Assembly (NCBI GenBank): GCA_964535935.1
Contig: CAZHWM010000028.1
Coordinates: forward strand, 26,744 to 90,743
Origin: an uncultured Planctomycetales bacterium
GTDB lineage: Bacteria > Omnitrophota > Gorgyraeia > Zapsychrales > Zapsychraceae
Reading direction: 5' to 3'
DNA: 64,000 nucleotides
In this document: in pieces, positions 17,217 to 26,786 of the stretch
How positions within the stretch are numbered: the first letter of the stretch is position 1
Layout: every line of letters starts with the position of its first letter
Notes under the pieces: model-generated
What the model was told of the DNA's origin: nothing
The model's database searches: none
The model's input: the letters and a program-made list of their open reading frames with translations, nothing else
Program-made: the position numbers and the translations under genes

Positions 17217-18197
17217 TCAGAATATTTTTAAGGCAATCTGTGTGCCATCTGGCATCTCATCGTCTTTATTCTTTTTTAAATATATTGCCTTCTTAAAAAA
17301 ACGTAAAGCGAGATTATCTTCATTTAAAGACTTAAGGGATAAACCGTAATAATAATAGGCATCTGCAAAATTAGGTCTTTTTTTAATACATTCCTCCAAA
17401 AAAGACATAGCATCTTTATACTTTCCAGTATGAAAAGATGCTAACCCCGCATAATAATAATAAAAACCCTTCTCATCTAATCCTTCTTTTATCGCTGCAA
17501 CAGTATATCTTACAAGCTCATAATATTTCTTCTGATAATACCTGCTTAAAACCAATAGCATAAAACTATCCTTATATGCAATCATCTGCCTTAAAAAAGG
17601 ATTAATATGTTTTCCTGCACAGCTTGCATAAATCTGAGTAAATATCCTAGAAGATGAGATTACTTTCATATTAATCTCTGGGATAGTATCTATTGCATGT
17701 TTAAACATATTTGATGCCTTTTCATATTCTCCCTTATGAAAATAAATTATCCCAAGATTATGATAAAACCAGATATAAACAGGATTTAACTTTATTGCTT
17801 TTTTATAGTAATATTCTGCCTTATCAATATCCCCCAAATAATAATAACAATATCCTAACATAGCATAAGAATCAGGATAAAAAACCTCTGCATGTAGTGA
17901 GGGGATATATTCATTAAGTTTATTATAAAAAAATACCGCTTTCTCAAGAACTGCTTTTGTAAAGTTATCATCCCGAACGACATGGCCATCCCCTATATTT
18001 AGTAAAAAACATAAATCTGGCCTTAATCTATCTAATACTTTTACTCGAGCGGAATAAATAACCTTGGAAGTATCAACTGAAACTATTACTATTACTATAG
18101 CACCAATATAAAATATTATATTTCTTTGAAATAGAGATTTAAAAAAGCTTAATCCAATCCTTAAAAAATTCTTCCTATGTGGATTAATTACTTGCAT
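17217..18197 (-). CDS. Membrane-anchored TPR-repeat protein
   Basis: N-terminal TM. Multiple 34-aa TPR-like units (AxxYYxKAIxLNP pattern). Start overlaps the upstream membrane-protein gene by 14 nt. Confidence 0.75.
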   Translation of the reverse strand: MQVINPHRKNFLRIGLSFFKSLFQRNIIFYIGAIVIVIVSVDTSKVIYSARVKVLDRLRPDLCFLLNIGDGHVVRDDNFTKAVLEKAVFFYNKLNEYIPSLHAEVFYPDSYAMLGYCYYYLGDIDKAEYYYKKAIKLNPVYIWFYHNLGIIYFHKGEYEKASNMFKHAIDTIPEINMKVISSSRIFTQIYASCAGKHINPFLRQMIAYKDSFMLLVLSRYYQKKYYELVRYTVAAIKEGLDEKGFYYYYAGLASFHTGKYKDAMSFLEECIKKRPNFADAYYYYGLSLKSLNEDNLALRFFKKAIYLKKNKDDEMPDGTQIALKIF

Positions 18198-20292
18198 AAA
18201 AACCGTCCTTTAGACCAAAAAAGATAAGAGCAATAAACATTGCAAAAAATACACATAGTAAAAAATAATTCAAAAAATATTCTTCCCATGATCCGAATTT
18301 AAAATAAATTATATTCTCACCTGCTGGCAACCATATACCTTTAAATGCTATATCTGTTCTTAATACATCTACTGGCACCCCATTAATAAATGCCTTCCAG
18401 CCTCTACTATAGTTATCGCAATATAATAAAAACTTTTCTGTCTTAAAATCTGTCTTTATCTTTAAAGTATTTGCTGTATATTTTATCAAATGAAACCAAC
18501 TATCCTCTTCTTGTATAATTATAGGACCATCAGATGGGATCATAGCATTTTCTCTTATTTCATCCTTTTTATAAGGAGGATAAATAAAGGCAATATCTTT
18601 ATTTTCTTTAATAGCTTCTTCTATTTGTTTTGTCTCATCTTTATCTTGCACTGGAACAGTACGATTAAATATGTAAATCCTGTTACTTGCAAATCTCTTT
18701 ACTATTTTAGGGTCAATGCTCGCAACTAACCTTCCATACCATTTAGTCGCATAATGAAGAGAGCCCGTTCTTGGATTTCTTTTGTAAAAAAAATCTTGAT
18801 ATGGTTCATCATATAAATACTCTATCTTCACACTGCTAGAATTTCTTGCCAGATAATGATATACCTCTATAGGTTGCAATACAATAAGTATCAACAGATA
18901 AAACAAAATTGGGATCGTTTTTCTAAGAAGACCTGTGATATATGATATAAAAAAAACCATACTAAGAGCTATTACGATATAAGAAGAAAATATCCCATGC
19001 CCGAACTTAAAAATCAATACTGCAAATATAAGGTGTAATACAACAATAAAAGACAATAACAAATATCTATCTCTTTTCCTCTCTAATTGCAAATTAAGAA
19101 ATAACTTCATATTCTCTGCTGCAAATAATATAAATACTGGCAGCAGAACCCACCATAAAAAAAAATGAAGATTTCTAAAATATTTATAAAAAAAGATATG
19201 GTGGTATAAAAACTTATATATTGGGGCATATGGACAATGAAACAAATAGATCATTGAACTCAAAATAAACAGATAAAGAAGGAGTTTGTTCCCTTTAAGA
19301 AAGAGACCTAATAAAAGAATAATATAAACGAAAACAGGAACATACATAACTGCAAATTTAAATTTACGCAGATCATTAAATGCAGAGGAATACATTAAAT
19401 CTTCTGTTATACCCCATCCAGCAATAGTGTTGTATCCTACTTCTATGCTGTTGTGTGCCCGAATTCCATTGCTCCTTGAAGGAAGAACAAACTCTGATTG
19501 CGATGATGCCTTAAAAAGCCTAATCCCAGGGATAAGGGATAAACAAAAGGCAATCAAACATATACAAACTAAAATCTTATTACTCTTTATGAAAGCAACA
19601 CTATTTAAACATATATCTTTACATCTTAAAGGATAGACTCCAATAAATACCAACATAGAGATAATGACTATAGTAATAAAATAAAAAGGAAGATAGGTAG
19701 TAAAGATTATCATCACGGTAAAAATCATACCTATAAAAAAACTCCTGCATGGAGTTTGAAAAAAGGATATTATAAAAAAGAAGAACCATACCATAGGAAC
19801 AAATTCAAAGATGATAAAAGAATCAAATGGTCTGGTGGCAAGAGAAGAAAACATTAAAAGCAAATATGCAACAAAGGCTGCCAGTTTATCCTGCAAGATA
19901 CGTTTTGCCAACAAATAAAATCCTATCATACCGAGGTAATAATAAAGAGAAAGAAATAGTAAATAAGCTAAATGATGAGATAGTCCTAATTTCCTAAAAA
20001 GAATAATCAAAAAAAAGAAAGGATTAAAAGCCCCAAACCTCCTTAGAAAAAATTCATTCGGTGCACCACAATTCCATGCAGGGTCCCAAAGAGGGTAAAT
20101 TCCCTGCATCATATTATCAATAAAAAACTTAATATGATTATAATAGGAAATAGCATCACTCTGTAAAGGTAAGCGTCCAAAGACAAAATCCCTAAAACAA
20201 AATACCCAGACTACAAAGGAAAGAAAAAACAACAATCCAAAACCAAATTTTATATCTCTTTCCTTATTTAAAATAGAAGACTGTCCCATCAA
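18184..20292 (-). CDS. Large polytopic membrane protein, YfhO-like / GT-C-type glycosyltransferase candidate
   Basis: More than 12 predicted TM helices, a soluble C-proximal domain and a terminal TM. N-terminal pattern (YPLWDPAWNCGAP) resembles the YfhO family. Assignment is tentative. Confidence 0.55.
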   Translation of the reverse strand: MMGQSSILNKERDIKFGFGLLFFLSFVVWVFCFRDFVFGRLPLQSDAISYYNHIKFFIDNMMQGIYPLWDPAWNCGAPNEFFLRRFGAFNPFFFLIILFRKLGLSHHLAYLLFLSLYYYLGMIGFYLLAKRILQDKLAAFVAYLLLMFSSLATRPFDSFIIFEFVPMVWFFFFIISFFQTPCRSFFIGMIFTVMIIFTTYLPFYFITIVIISMLVFIGVYPLRCKDICLNSVAFIKSNKILVCICLIAFCLSLIPGIRLFKASSQSEFVLPSRSNGIRAHNSIEVGYNTIAGWGITEDLMYSSAFNDLRKFKFAVMYVPVFVYIILLLGLFLKGNKLLLYLFILSSMIYLFHCPYAPIYKFLYHHIFFYKYFRNLHFFLWWVLLPVFILFAAENMKLFLNLQLERKRDRYLLLSFIVVLHLIFAVLIFKFGHGIFSSYIVIALSMVFFISYITGLLRKTIPILFYLLILIVLQPIEVYHYLARNSSSVKIEYLYDEPYQDFFYKRNPRTGSLHYATKWYGRLVASIDPKIVKRFASNRIYIFNRTVPVQDKDETKQIEEAIKENKDIAFIYPPYKKDEIRENAMIPSDGPIIIQEEDSWFHLIKYTANTLKIKTDFKTEKFLLYCDNYSRGWKAFINGVPVDVLRTDIAFKGIWLPAGENIIYFKFGSWEEYFLNYFLLCVFFAMFIALIFFGLKDGFYASN

Positions 20293-20356
20293 GCCTTGCT
20301 CCTGAAAACTAAACTCAATATTCAGATAATAAATATAAAAAAAAAGTATAAACCTA

Positions 20357-21025
20357 TCAATTCTTATGATTAAGTATACTGGCTATTATAGCCTTCTCAT
20401 ATAACTGTGCCATGGCCTGTTGCATAGCCATATACCGTTGCTGTATAACAGCTAATCGAGCCTGTCTTTGTGCAATCTGCTGAACAACAACAGCCCTATG
20501 CTGGAGGACAGCTTGCTCTATCGCCTTCTCAACTATACGTTGAAATACAGGCTGATACACAATTGGTCTTATGACTCTATCCATCATTGAATTTAATTCT
20601 TTCTGCATAAGTGTGCCTGTCTCTCCTTCTGATATTTTATCCATGGCATAATCCATACATTGATTATAGGCCTCACGTAATATATCTTCTACAGATGCAT
20701 ACTTTAATCCCTGATAAGCAGCTTCTTGTATTGCATAATAAGCTATTTGAGGAAAAACATTTATATCGGATTTTTTCATGGCCCTAGTCATAACCTCTCC
20801 TACAATATGAAGATATGACTGCATAACCTCCTGTCTAACATTTTCCTCTATAGCCTTTCTTAAATCTGTTTTTTCCCATCTTTTATTAGAGGAAACATAT
20901 ATACCTGCTTCTTCCGAGACAGCCATAATCACATCTATAGTAAATATATAAATAATAAGACTCAGAAGACCTTTGACAAAAAAAATAATCCTTTTTCTAT
21001 ATCTTTGATTAAAGAAAACATACAT
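20357..21025 (-). CDS. Hypothetical membrane-anchored protein with Gln/Ala-rich C-terminus
   Basis: Long ORF with one N-terminal TM. No family recognised. Confidence 0.5.
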   Translation of the reverse strand: MYVFFNQRYRKRIIFFVKGLLSLIIYIFTIDVIMAVSEEAGIYVSSNKRWEKTDLRKAIEENVRQEVMQSYLHIVGEVMTRAMKKSDINVFPQIAYYAIQEAAYQGLKYASVEDILREAYNQCMDYAMDKISEGETGTLMQKELNSMMDRVIRPIVYQPVFQRIVEKAIEQAVLQHRAVVVQQIAQRQARLAVIQQRYMAMQQAMAQLYEKAIIASILNHKN

Positions 21026-21206
21026 ATCTCATTCCTTTTTTAAAGTAGATTAGATAAAGAATATATATTTATTATAAAGGCATGATAATAGACGTCAATA
21101 AAATACACCTTTAAAAATTATCTCACAAAGAACCTATATAAATAATATTAATCGTTGCCAGCATATCTATTGAATCATCTCTTTGTTTGATGTAAAATTG
21201 CATAAA

Positions 21207-22862
21207 ATGAAAAGATATAATATTCTCACATCTATACTATATATCATTATCCTAATTGCGATTTATCATAATATTGTCTTATATAATAACCATAAGGACA
21301 GTCTTGAAGAATACAAACAAAATATATGCAAAGAGGTATTTCCTACTGCAGCGAATTGTGAGAAAAAAAATACACCTTTCCCTTACTATATCGCATATAA
21401 ATCATCTAAAACGAAGACTCTCTCAGATATTAAAGGTTACGCCTTTATTACAACAGAACTTGCTCCAAAAATAAAAGGTTTTAGTGGACCAATAAAAATA
21501 ATAGTTGGGATATCCCCTTCAGGTAAGATTCAAAATTTAAAAATACTGGAACAATCCGAAACACCTTCCTATGTAGGTAATCTTGATAAGTTTATAGTCC
21601 AATTCAAAGGGAAAAAAGCAACAGAACCACTACGATTGGGCATAGATATAGACGGAATTACCCATGCAACTGTTACAAGCAAGGCAATTACTTCCTCTAT
21701 TAGAAAAGGGCTAAAAAAATTTTATAAAACTATTATTAAAGATAAAATCTTAAAAACTGGCGCAAAAGAAAAAAATGAATCCTTCAAATGGAATGAAATT
21801 ATCATCCCTTTATTAATATTTACATTAGCAATATTAAGCCTATCTACAAAAAAACAATGGTTAAGATGGGCTGCCATGTCCCTAAGTCTTATCTATCTCG
21901 GGATACTTAAGGCTGCAATGTTGTCTATTGTGCATATAGCAAACATAATCTTGCTGAGAATACCTTCATTTACATATAGCCCTATATGGTATATGCTTAT
22001 ACCTTTATCTCTAATAATCATTTTAATAATTGGAAATATATATTGCGGAAGCGTATGTCCATTTGGTGTAATTCAGGAAATAATATATCGTTCAGCAAGA
22101 AAAATTAAAATAAAAACCCTAAAGATATCAACACACACAGAAGAAAAGGCTCAATACGTCAAATATATTATTCTATTTATCGCTTTAATCTCGGCAATAA
22201 TAGCAAACACTAGTGATATCCTAAACTTTGAGGTATTTGTATTGTTCTTCACATCAAATGCTACCTTCATAGGATGGATATTAGTTGTATCAACATTACT
22301 AATCTCTGCATTCCATTTTAGATTCTGGTGTAAGTACATCTGTCCTACAGGCGCATTTAACAGTTTGATTGCAAGGTTAAGTTTTATAAAAATAAGGGCG
22401 AGTAAAGATATATGCAAAAATTGTATGCTATGTAAAAGAGTATGTGCATTCGATGCTATAAATTATAATGACAATAATATACCCATAATCGATTATGGCG
22501 AATGTAATCTGTGTGCAGAATGTCTAAGAAAATGTCAGGTTGGTGCACTTAAATTAAAAATAAGTCATATTACAAAGTCAAAAACAATACCATTAACAAA
22601 AAAATCTCATATAAAAAATCCACAAGATAGAATATTTGTCTTGATACTTATAATTATAATATTAATGATATTATGGTTATGGATAAAAAATATATCCTCC
22701 TTTATATTAACTCAGAAATCTACTGAAGATTACTATACATATACAGAGAACCCACAACCTATATCTAAATCTATATCAAATGATAAAATAAAAAAAATAA
22801 AACAAAGAATAAAGAAAGCAGGGATTAAGCCACAACCTGCAAAATACTGGAAAAAGCTTTAA
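21207..22862 (+). CDS. NosR/NirI/NapH-like membrane redox protein (FMN-binding domain, CX3CP transmembrane domain, 2x[4Fe-4S] ferredoxin motifs)
   Basis: FMN_bind flavinylation-type motif DGITHATVTS. CGSVCPFG and CKYICPTG in TM helices. CKNCMLCKRVC and CNLCAECLRKC. ATG at 21207 preferred over the TTG at 21183. Confidence 0.8.
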   Translation: MKRYNILTSILYIIILIAIYHNIVLYNNHKDSLEEYKQNICKEVFPTAANCEKKNTPFPYYIAYKSSKTKTLSDIKGYAFITTELAPKIKGFSGPIKIIVGISPSGKIQNLKILEQSETPSYVGNLDKFIVQFKGKKATEPLRLGIDIDGITHATVTSKAITSSIRKGLKKFYKTIIKDKILKTGAKEKNESFKWNEIIIPLLIFTLAILSLSTKKQWLRWAAMSLSLIYLGILKAAMLSIVHIANIILLRIPSFTYSPIWYMLIPLSLIIILIIGNIYCGSVCPFGVIQEIIYRSARKIKIKTLKISTHTEEKAQYVKYIILFIALISAIIANTSDILNFEVFVLFFTSNATFIGWILVVSTLLISAFHFRFWCKYICPTGAFNSLIARLSFIKIRASKDICKNCMLCKRVCAFDAINYNDNNIPIIDYGECNLCAECLRKCQVGALKLKISHITKSKTIPLTKKSHIKNPQDRIFVLILIIIILMILWLWIKNISSFILTQKSTEDYYTYTENPQPISKSISNDKIKKIKQRIKKAGIKPQPAKYWKKL

Positions 22863-22881
22863 AAAACATAAAATTAATTTA

Positions 22882-23868
22882 ATGGTAAAATCTATGAACC
22901 GTTTGCTACAATGTCAATTATGTCCTAAGATGTGTAAACTTGCAGAGGGAGAACGTGGAGACTGCCGTGTACGTATCAACCTCAACGGAGAACTTAAAAC
23001 CCTTGTATATGGTGATCCATGTGCAGCGCACGTCGATCCCATAGAAAAAAAACCTCTATATCATTTTAAACCTGCTAGTATGGCATTTTCTATTGCAACA
23101 GCAGGTTGTAACCTCCATTGTAAATACTGTCAAAATTGGCAAATATCCCAACGAGAACCAGAAGAAACCTACAATTATAATATGCCTCCAAAAACAGTTG
23201 TAGTTAAAACCATTTCATCCAGATGCATATCTATAGCATATACATATTCCGAACCCATAGTTTTCTATGAATATACCTTAGATACTTCCATACTAGCTCA
23301 TAAATACGGAATATATAATGTAGTTGTTACCGCAGGATACATCAACCGTGAACCTCTTATAGAACTATGCAAATATATTGATGCAGCTAACGTTGACTTA
23401 AAAGGAATAACTGAAAAATTTTATAATAATATGTGTGATGCAACACTTAAACCTGTTCTAGAAGGTATCAAGACTATGATAAATCAAGGTGTATGGGTTG
23501 AGCTTACTAACCTTATTATTCCTACATGGAATGATAGTGAAAAAGACATTCGTTTATTATGTAAATGGATTACTGATAATATTGGTGTCGATGTCCCCCT
23601 ACATTTCTCTAGGTTCTGGCCAATGCATAAACTAAAAAATCTACCCCCCACTCCTATAGAAACTTTAAATAACGCTGTAAAAATAGCGAAAAAAGAAGGA
23701 ATCCACTATGTATATGTTGGTAATGTTCCCGGACATCCAGCAAATAATACATATTGCCCTAATGATGGCAAATTACTTATAGAACGTAGAGGATATGCTA
23801 TATTACAAAATAATTTGAAAGATGGAAAGTGCAAATTCTGTGGAACAAAAATACCCGGGATATGGTAA
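22882..23868 (+). CDS. AmmeMemoRadiSam-system-type radical SAM enzyme (PFL-activase-like)
   Basis: N-terminal CQLCPKMCKLAEGERGDCRVR and radical SAM CNLHCKYCQNWQIS. C-terminal Cys pair CPNDG...CKFCG. Confidence 0.82.
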   Translation: MVKSMNRLLQCQLCPKMCKLAEGERGDCRVRINLNGELKTLVYGDPCAAHVDPIEKKPLYHFKPASMAFSIATAGCNLHCKYCQNWQISQREPEETYNYNMPPKTVVVKTISSRCISIAYTYSEPIVFYEYTLDTSILAHKYGIYNVVVTAGYINREPLIELCKYIDAANVDLKGITEKFYNNMCDATLKPVLEGIKTMINQGVWVELTNLIIPTWNDSEKDIRLLCKWITDNIGVDVPLHFSRFWPMHKLKNLPPTPIETLNNAVKIAKKEGIHYVYVGNVPGHPANNTYCPNDGKLLIERRGYAILQNNLKDGKCKFCGTKIPGIW

Positions 23869-23898
23869 AATACACATCAAAATAGGAGGATATGATTT

Positions 23899-24072
23899 AT
23901 GATCAATAAACGTATAACCCGCAGAGAATTTCTAAAACTACTAGGAATTGGGATTATTGCTATTTTTATATTACCATTTAAATATTTCTTTAAAGATGAA
24001 GATACAACAAATACCCCTATAAAAAACAAAGAAGCAAAATATTACTCCCGTGCAGAGCATCTCGCGGGCTAA
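23899..24072 (+). CDS. Unannotated 57-aa peptide with twin-arginine (Tat) signal motif
   Basis: Not in the ORF track (too short). AGGAGG lies 9 nt upstream of the ATG. Translation: MINKRITRREFLKLLGIGIIAIFILPFKYFFKDEDTTNTPIKNKEAKYYSRAEHLAG. Confidence 0.6.
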   Translation: MINKRITRREFLKLLGIGIIAIFILPFKYFFKDEDTTNTPIKNKEAKYYSRAEHLAG

Positions 24073-24100
24073 TACAATATTAATACTCTATCTTCTTTTG

Positions 24101-26185
24101 CTACATAAGATTGTAAAATAAATTTCCTATTTGATATACAATAAAGGCAAAAACCCATGCCATGGCAATAGTTCCTAAAAAAAGGAATAACGTCCATTTA
24201 AGGTTCGAGGCTGTTTCACGATAAAATACAGATATAGCTGCTATACACGGTGGATAAATCATACAAAATATCAAAAAAGAAAAGGCCTTTAATGGATTCC
24301 AACTAGGATCATTACGTATTGCCTCCCTAAGGGCAGAATGATCAGAGCCCTCTTCTAAACTATACATCGTACCAAAGGTAGTTACAACGACTTCTTTGGC
24401 AGCAAGCCCTGATATTAAGGCTATACCTGCCCGCCAATCCAATCCTATAGGTCTCAAAATAGGTTCCATAACCCTTCCTAATTTACCTGCAATACTTTGT
24501 TTCAATTGTATAGAAGCAAAATTATCGCTGTTTTTAATCTCCTCTTTGTTTATCTCAGGAAAACTAAAACCAACCCAGACCAAAATAGAAATCAATAAAA
24601 TAATAGTTGCAGCCTTTTTTAAATAAAGCCGTGCCCGTGTCCATACCTTCAACAATAATCCTTTTAACGTAGGAACTCTATACGGCGGAAGCTCCATAAC
24701 AAAATATGCTGGGTCTCCTTTTAAAACGAATCTCTTTAAAACCCAAGCAGAACCAAAAGCAAGACCGACACTTATCGCATACATCAAAAACATAATATTA
24801 GTTTTATATGCTTCAGGGGAAAATGCACCAATAAAAAGTGCAAATATAGGAAGTTTTGCCCCACAAATCATAAAAGGAGTTACCAGCATAGTAATCAATC
24901 TATCTTTTTTGTTCTCTAATGTTCTTGCTGCCATAATTCCCGGCACCGCACATCCATTTGTTGATATCATCATAGGGACAAAAGACTTCCCATGTAAACC
25001 AAATTTATGCATAATTTTATCCATAATAAATGCTGCCCGTGCCATGTATCCGGAATCTTCAAAAAAGGCTATAGCAAAAAACATAAAAATAATTAAAGGA
25101 AAGAAACTTAATATACTCCCAATACCCCCTATAATCCCGTCAACAATAAAAGATTGAAATATCCCTTCCGGAATAAATTTTGTAGCCATAACTGAGATCC
25201 TGCCAAAAAATATTTCCAACCCTTTTATAACTGGTGCAGAAAAAGAAAAAGTAAATTTAAAGATAATATACATCACAAAAGCAAAAATAGGTAACCCTAA
25301 AAAACGGTTTAAAACAACCATATCAATTTTATCAGAAAAATCATGGTGTTCTTCTGGCGTCGAACGAATAACCTGCGTACATGCTCCAGATATAAAACCA
25401 TATCGCCTATCTGCTATAACAACCTCAGGTTCATCTTCAAACAACTCTTTTAAATATCCTCTACTCTTTTCACTCTGTTGAAAAATATCATTACCCAATG
25501 GTAACCTCATTATAACATCTATGGCTAATGAATCTGCCTCAAGTAGTTTTACTGCAAGCCACTTAACAGGATATTTTTTCAAAAGCTGCGTCTCTTTTTT
25601 TAAAAAAGTTACAAGCTTATCCAATTCCTCTTGAATCTCTTCACCATATGGAATATGAACCTTATCTCGGGTATCTTTCACTTTAACAAGATTAACAATT
25701 GCATCTAAAAGTGCATACATCCCCTTGTTTTTGTTTCCCACTGTAGGGACAACAGGCACTTTTAAAAGCCTTGAAAGTTCATTATAGTCTATTTTCTGCC
25801 CCTTCTTTTCAACAATATCTATCATATTCATAGCAAGTATAACAGGAACATCTATCTCCACAAGCTGGGTAAACAAATATAAATTCCTTTCCAAATTCGA
25901 TGCATCAACTATATGTAGAATAACATCTGGCCTTTGCTGAATTATAAAATTTCTTGTAACAGCCTCATCCTCTGAATATGCAGATAAACTATATGTCCCA
26001 GGAAGGTCAATAATAGTTATATTATACCCTTTATAGCTAACACGGCCTTCTTTACTCTCAACAGTTACACCTGGATAATTACCAACATGTTGAAAGGCAC
26101 CTGTTAGGTTGTTAAATATGGTTGATTTACCTGAATTCGGGTTTCCAACCAAAGCAACCACTAATTCCCGTGGACTTCCCATCAT
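24101..26185 (-). CDS. feoB: Ferrous iron transporter FeoB
   Basis: N-terminal G domain (GNPNSGKST, DLPGTYS) followed by the polytopic gate domains. Confidence 0.95.
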   Translation of the reverse strand: MMGSPRELVVALVGNPNSGKSTIFNNLTGAFQHVGNYPGVTVESKEGRVSYKGYNITIIDLPGTYSLSAYSEDEAVTRNFIIQQRPDVILHIVDASNLERNLYLFTQLVEIDVPVILAMNMIDIVEKKGQKIDYNELSRLLKVPVVPTVGNKNKGMYALLDAIVNLVKVKDTRDKVHIPYGEEIQEELDKLVTFLKKETQLLKKYPVKWLAVKLLEADSLAIDVIMRLPLGNDIFQQSEKSRGYLKELFEDEPEVVIADRRYGFISGACTQVIRSTPEEHHDFSDKIDMVVLNRFLGLPIFAFVMYIIFKFTFSFSAPVIKGLEIFFGRISVMATKFIPEGIFQSFIVDGIIGGIGSILSFFPLIIFMFFAIAFFEDSGYMARAAFIMDKIMHKFGLHGKSFVPMMISTNGCAVPGIMAARTLENKKDRLITMLVTPFMICGAKLPIFALFIGAFSPEAYKTNIMFLMYAISVGLAFGSAWVLKRFVLKGDPAYFVMELPPYRVPTLKGLLLKVWTRARLYLKKAATIILLISILVWVGFSFPEINKEEIKNSDNFASIQLKQSIAGKLGRVMEPILRPIGLDWRAGIALISGLAAKEVVVTTFGTMYSLEEGSDHSALREAIRNDPSWNPLKAFSFLIFCMIYPPCIAAISVFYRETASNLKWTLFLFLGTIAMAWVFAFIVYQIGNLFYNLM

Positions 26186-26411
26186 ATTTACTCCTTACAC
26201 GTATTTTTTTTGCTAAACCATAACCAATAGCTAAAGTTACTCCCTTTATATTTAGTGTAACAGGCCCCATTCCTGAATTATGAACAACTTTTATTTCTTC
26301 TCCTGGCAGTAGACCTATTTCCACTAGACGTTTCTCAGCCCCAAACCCACCTTCTATACAAATAAAAATAACACTTTCTCCTGATGGGATATCAATAAGT
26401 CGTTCAATCAC
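26127..26411 (-). CDS. feoA: FeoA-domain protein (second copy)
   Basis: FeoA SH3-like domain. The reading frame runs 59 nt into feoB. Confidence 0.8.
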   Translation of the reverse strand: MIERLIDIPSGESVIFICIEGGFGAEKRLVEIGLLPGEEIKVVHNSGMGPVTLNIKGVTLAIGYGLAKKIRVRSKYDGKSTGISGCFGWKPEFR

Positions 26412-26641
26412 GATATAACCTCCACCAGAACATATCTTGCTTCTTCCTTACGTAAAGATAAATGATATCCCCTTACCTTAACTTCAATAGGGTCCCCCAA
26501 TGGCGCTAACTTAATAACCTGAAGTTGAGATCCAGGAACAATACCCATATCAAGTAATTTCTTTCTTAAATGTCCACTTCCTTCTATCCTCTTTACCTTT
26601 GCGTGAGTAGATGGAGATAATTTGTTTAATAATGTTTCCAT
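26408..26641 (-). CDS. feoA: FeoA-domain protein (first copy)
   Basis: 77 aa. FeoA pattern (VKRIEG...LLDMGIVPGSQLQV...GDPIEVKVRGYHLSLRKEEA). Confidence 0.88.
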   Translation of the reverse strand: METLLNKLSPSTHAKVKRIEGSGHLRKKLLDMGIVPGSQLQVIKLAPLGDPIEVKVRGYHLSLRKEEARYVLVEVIS

Positions 26642-26667
26642 AATAATATATCCTTTTGAATTACTTT

Positions 26668-26685
26668 AGTTAGATTAATCTAACT
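26668..26685. promoter_or_regulatory. Perfect 18-bp palindrome agttagattaatctaact (GTTAG-N6-CTAAC). Candidate DtxR-family operator of the feoAAB operon.
   Basis: Self-complementary. 27-44 nt upstream of the feoA start. The TTAG/CTAA arms recall the DtxR/IdeR box TWAGGTWAGSCTWACCTWA. Confidence 0.7.
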
Positions 26686-26786
26686 TTTCTTAAAAAAATT
26701 TTTACTAATTAAAAAACTAAAAAGAATAAATTGTATATCCATAATATCTCCTTTCATCAATATGAAAATTATAAAATCCATAACTA

